This document shows, piece by piece, positions 61,569 through 64,000 of a stretch of 64,000 bases of DNA. Position 1 is the stretch's first letter. Every line of letters begins with the position of its first letter. Source of the DNA: Candidatus Latescibacterota bacterium (lineage in GTDB: Bacteria > Latescibacterota > UBA2968 > UBA8231). Under the pieces are notes generated by a model. It did no database searches, had not been told where the DNA came from, and was given only the letters and a program-made list of their open reading frames with translations. The position numbers and the translations under genes are program-made. The stretch covers positions 448,001 to 512,000 of the forward strand of contig CBDCSU010000004.1 of assembly GCA_965221775.1 (NCBI GenBank), given 5' to 3'.

Positions 61569-63344
61569 ATGGAAGACCCGGGCGGCGCCACCAAACCCTC
61601 CGGCGGCCTCGATCCACCCGACAACGGCCGCATCATCCGATTCCTCAAGCGCCACGCGGCGCTCATGGAGCTGGCGGGGCTCAACGCCTTCCGCGTGCGC
61701 GCCTTCGACAACGCGGCGCGCATGCTCGAGGAGCTGGAGATCGACATCGCCGAGATGTCGGAGGCCGACACCCTGACGGAGATCGACGGCATCGGCAAAG
61801 GGGTGGCGGCCTTCGTCGCCGAGTACATCGACCGCGGCACGACGGCGGCCTACGAGGGGCTCACCGAGGAGGTTCCGGAAACCCTTCTCGACCTCCTGCG
61901 CATCCCCGGCCTGGGCCAGAAGAAGGTCAAGGCCGTGTACGAGACCCTCGGCATCACCACCCTGGAGGAGCTGGAGGCCGCCTGCCGCGACGGGCGCCTG
62001 GGGGAGTTGCCGGGCTTCGGCGAGCGGACCCGGGAGAGCACGCTCCGGGCCATCGAGGGCCTGGACCGGTTCCGGGGCCGTTACCGCTACGACCAGGCCC
62101 TGGCCGACGCCCGGGGCCTGCTGCGGGCGCTGGAGGCCCATCCGCGCACGATCCGGGCCAGCCTCGCCGGAAGCCTGCGCCGCCGCCGGGAGGTGGTGAA
62201 GGACATCGACATCGTCCTCAGCACGGAAGCCCCCGGCGAGGTGGGCGCCTTCTTTGCGGGACGGCCCGGGGTGGTCGAGGTGATCGCCCGCGGGGAGCGC
62301 AAGGTCTCCGTGCGCCTGGAGAGAGGCCCGCAGGCCGACCTGCGGCTCGTCGACGACGCCCGCTTCCCTTCCCTTCTGCACCACTTCACCGGCAGCCGCG
62401 ACCACAACGTCGCCATGCGCTCCCGCGCCCTGGCCCGCGGCATGCATCTCAACGAGTACGGACTCTTCCATGGGCGGGAGGGCGGCGGCGCCCCCGTCCC
62501 CTGCGAGGACGAGGCCGATCTCTTCCGGGCCCTCGGCCTCGGCTACGTGCCGCCGGAGCTGCGGGAGGGCCTCGGCGAGGTGGAGGCGGCGGCGGCCGGA
62601 GAGCTGCCGCGCCTGCTGACGGCGGGGGACGTGCGGGGCCTGCTGCATGTCCACACGCGCGCCTCCGACGGCGTCGATACGCTGGAGGAGATGGTCGACG
62701 CCGCGCGCCTCCGAGGCCACGAGTACATCGCCATCTGCGATCACTCGAAGTCGGCCGGCTACGTCTACGGCATGAAGGAGGCCGACGTGGAGGAGCAGCA
62801 CCGCGAGATCGACGCCCTGCAGGCGGAGCGGCCCGACATCCGCATCCTCAAGGGCATCGAGTCCGAGGTGCGGAAGGACGGCTCCCTCGACTACGACGAC
62901 GACTTCCTCGAGCGCTTCGATCTCGTCGTGGCGGCGGTGCACGACACCATGGGCATGGAGGGGGCCGAGCTGACCCGCCGCTTCGTGGAGGCGGTGGCGC
63001 ATCCGGCCACCTCGGTCCTCGCCCACCCCAGCGGGCGGATCCTGCTGGAGCGCGACGGCTTCCCCTTCGACCTGGAGGAGGTCGTGGCCGCCGGCGCCGC
63101 CCACGGCGTGGCCCTGGAGCTGAACGCCCACCCCGCCCGCCTCGATCTCGACTGGCGCTGGCTGCGCCGGGCGCGCGACCTCGGCGCGCCCATCGCCGTC
63201 AACACCGACGCCCACAGGATCGCCGATCTCGACCACCTCGACCTCGGCATCGGCATCGCCCGCAAGGGCTGGCTCACGGCCGCGGACGTCATCAACACCC
63301 GGTCCGTCGACGAGCTGTTGAACTGGACCGGGCGCGGGCCCTGA
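61569..63344 (+). CDS. polX: DNA polymerase X / PHP 3'-5' exonuclease
   Basis: N.FRVRAF, HhH motifs IDGIGKG and IPGLGQK, AGSLRR..KDIDI, HFTGS, HVHT.ASDG, DHS, TDAH. Confidence 0.95.
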   Translation: MEDPGGATKPSGGLDPPDNGRIIRFLKRHAALMELAGLNAFRVRAFDNAARMLEELEIDIAEMSEADTLTEIDGIGKGVAAFVAEYIDRGTTAAYEGLTEEVPETLLDLLRIPGLGQKKVKAVYETLGITTLEELEAACRDGRLGELPGFGERTRESTLRAIEGLDRFRGRYRYDQALADARGLLRALEAHPRTIRASLAGSLRRRREVVKDIDIVLSTEAPGEVGAFFAGRPGVVEVIARGERKVSVRLERGPQADLRLVDDARFPSLLHHFTGSRDHNVAMRSRALARGMHLNEYGLFHGREGGGAPVPCEDEADLFRALGLGYVPPELREGLGEVEAAAAGELPRLLTAGDVRGLLHVHTRASDGVDTLEEMVDAARLRGHEYIAICDHSKSAGYVYGMKEADVEEQHREIDALQAERPDIRILKGIESEVRKDGSLDYDDDFLERFDLVVAAVHDTMGMEGAELTRRFVEAVAHPATSVLAHPSGRILLERDGFPFDLEEVVAAGAAHGVALELNAHPARLDLDWRWLRRARDLGAPIAVNTDAHRIADLDHLDLGIGIARKGWLTAADVINTRSVDELLNWTGRGP

Positions 63345-63357
63345 GCGGCCAAGCGCC

Positions 63358-63680
63358 CTGGGCGGCCACCACGGAGCGCCCACGGATCTCCCGGGGCAGG
63401 ACCTGAGCCAGCGGGCTGCAACCGCGGAATCCGCCGCCGGAATGCCCGGCCTGCCCGGGCCACGGCCTGCCCGGGCCACAGCGAGAAGCGTCTGCTCTTG
63501 GAGCTGCGGAGGTGGAGGGCCGCCCCCGGGCATCCGCCTCTGCTCTTCAGCATCCGGCCTCCCGCTGGCTTCGCGGTTGGCCCGGCGGGCCAAGACCGGA
63601 TCGGCGACTACGCCGCGGCCGAGGGCGTCACCCGGTCAGAGGTCGAGGCCGGGCCGGGTCCGAACCTCGCCCACGCCCCC
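63358..63680 (+). pseudogene. metH: Decayed relic of the 3' end of B12-dependent methionine synthase
   Basis: Across frameshifts: RGIR, PACPGH, SEKRLLLEL, GIRL, HPASRW, FAVG..GQDRIGDYA...GVTRSEVE...PNLA, colinear with the MetH activation-domain C-terminus. Confidence 0.8.
63448..63479 (+). repeat. Perfect 16-bp tandem duplication
   Basis: GGCCTGCCCGGGCCAC at 63448-63463 and 63464-63479. Confidence 0.9.
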
Positions 63681-63734
63681 CAGGCGGCCGCAGGAACCGT
63701 GGATGAGGAAGGGCTGCGCAGCACACCGCCGCCG

Positions 63735-64000
63735 TCACTCCCCGGCCCCCGGAGATCTCTTCAGCCACGAGGGCAGGCGAATCCCCTCCGACAGCCGCCA
63801 GGCCGTCAGGTAGAGGCTGGCGGTGAAGGCCACAGCCACCCGGCCCCTCTCCTCGGCGAAGGCCCGGGCCGGCGCGCTCACCGGGTCGAGACCGCCGGCC
63901 AGCTGGTAGACCCGGTCCACCTGTCCGTTGCTCTCCAGGACCTGGTCCCGCACGGCGGCGAACAGCTCCCCTTCCAGGGGGGCCGCCTCCACCCCCTCCA
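63735..64000 (-). CDS. C-terminal part of a hypothetical protein (possibly S1/P1 nuclease-like helical fold)
   Basis: VDRVYQL..AFAEER..AVAFTASLYLTAW; begins beyond the window edge; the family guess is weak. Confidence 0.45.
   Translation of the reverse strand, partial: EGVEAAPLEGELFAAVRDQVLESNGQVDRVYQLAGGLDPVSAPARAFAEERGRVAVAFTASLYLTAWRLSEGIRLPSWLKRSPGAGE

Noticed and set aside
61569-63344. Possible catalytically dead PolX
   Set aside because: The DxD motif (KDID), a third Asp (ADLR) and the PHP metal ligands appear intact.
63345-63734. Structured ncRNA (RNase P, SRP or 6S) in the GC-rich spacer
   Set aside because: No conserved RNase P or SRP motifs were recognised; the sequence is better explained as a metH relic.

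Overview
A very GC-rich (roughly 70% by eye) bacterial chromosomal segment, densely coding and mostly housekeeping. Gene content and order (alternative complex III plus caa3 oxidase; yicC-coaBC-udg-dnaB; orphan GroES; protease-propeller-Omp85 protein) suggest an FCB-group lineage such as Latescibacterota or Gemmatimonadota; this is inference, not a database result. Main blocks: an smpB / DnaC-like ATPase / rph / sigma70 cluster; two convergent tRNAs (Leu-CAG, Arg-CCT) flanking a small region; a complete 12-gene actABCDEF(G)-sco-coxBACD respiratory operon; glgC, cytochrome c, SCO, HupE/UreJ, ppgK and groES-like genes; a four-domain S1 paralog with trpBA; a phosphatase-glcD-glcF-rhaM-serC operon; several peptidases; and a long minus-strand run from dapF to dnaB. 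No integrase, transposase, prophage or CRISPR array was seen. The most unusual signals: (i) spacers holding decayed relics of core genes (an internally deleted mini-cysS, and frameshifted 3' ends of mgtE and metH); (ii) a Cys-rich DnaC-like ATPase with overlapping start/stop codons between smpB and rph; (iii) an archaeal-type cytidylate kinase where gmk normally sits; (iv) a metalloprotease-propeller-Omp85 protein next to BamB-like lipoproteins. All calls come from motif recognition by eye, and several start codons are my best estimates.
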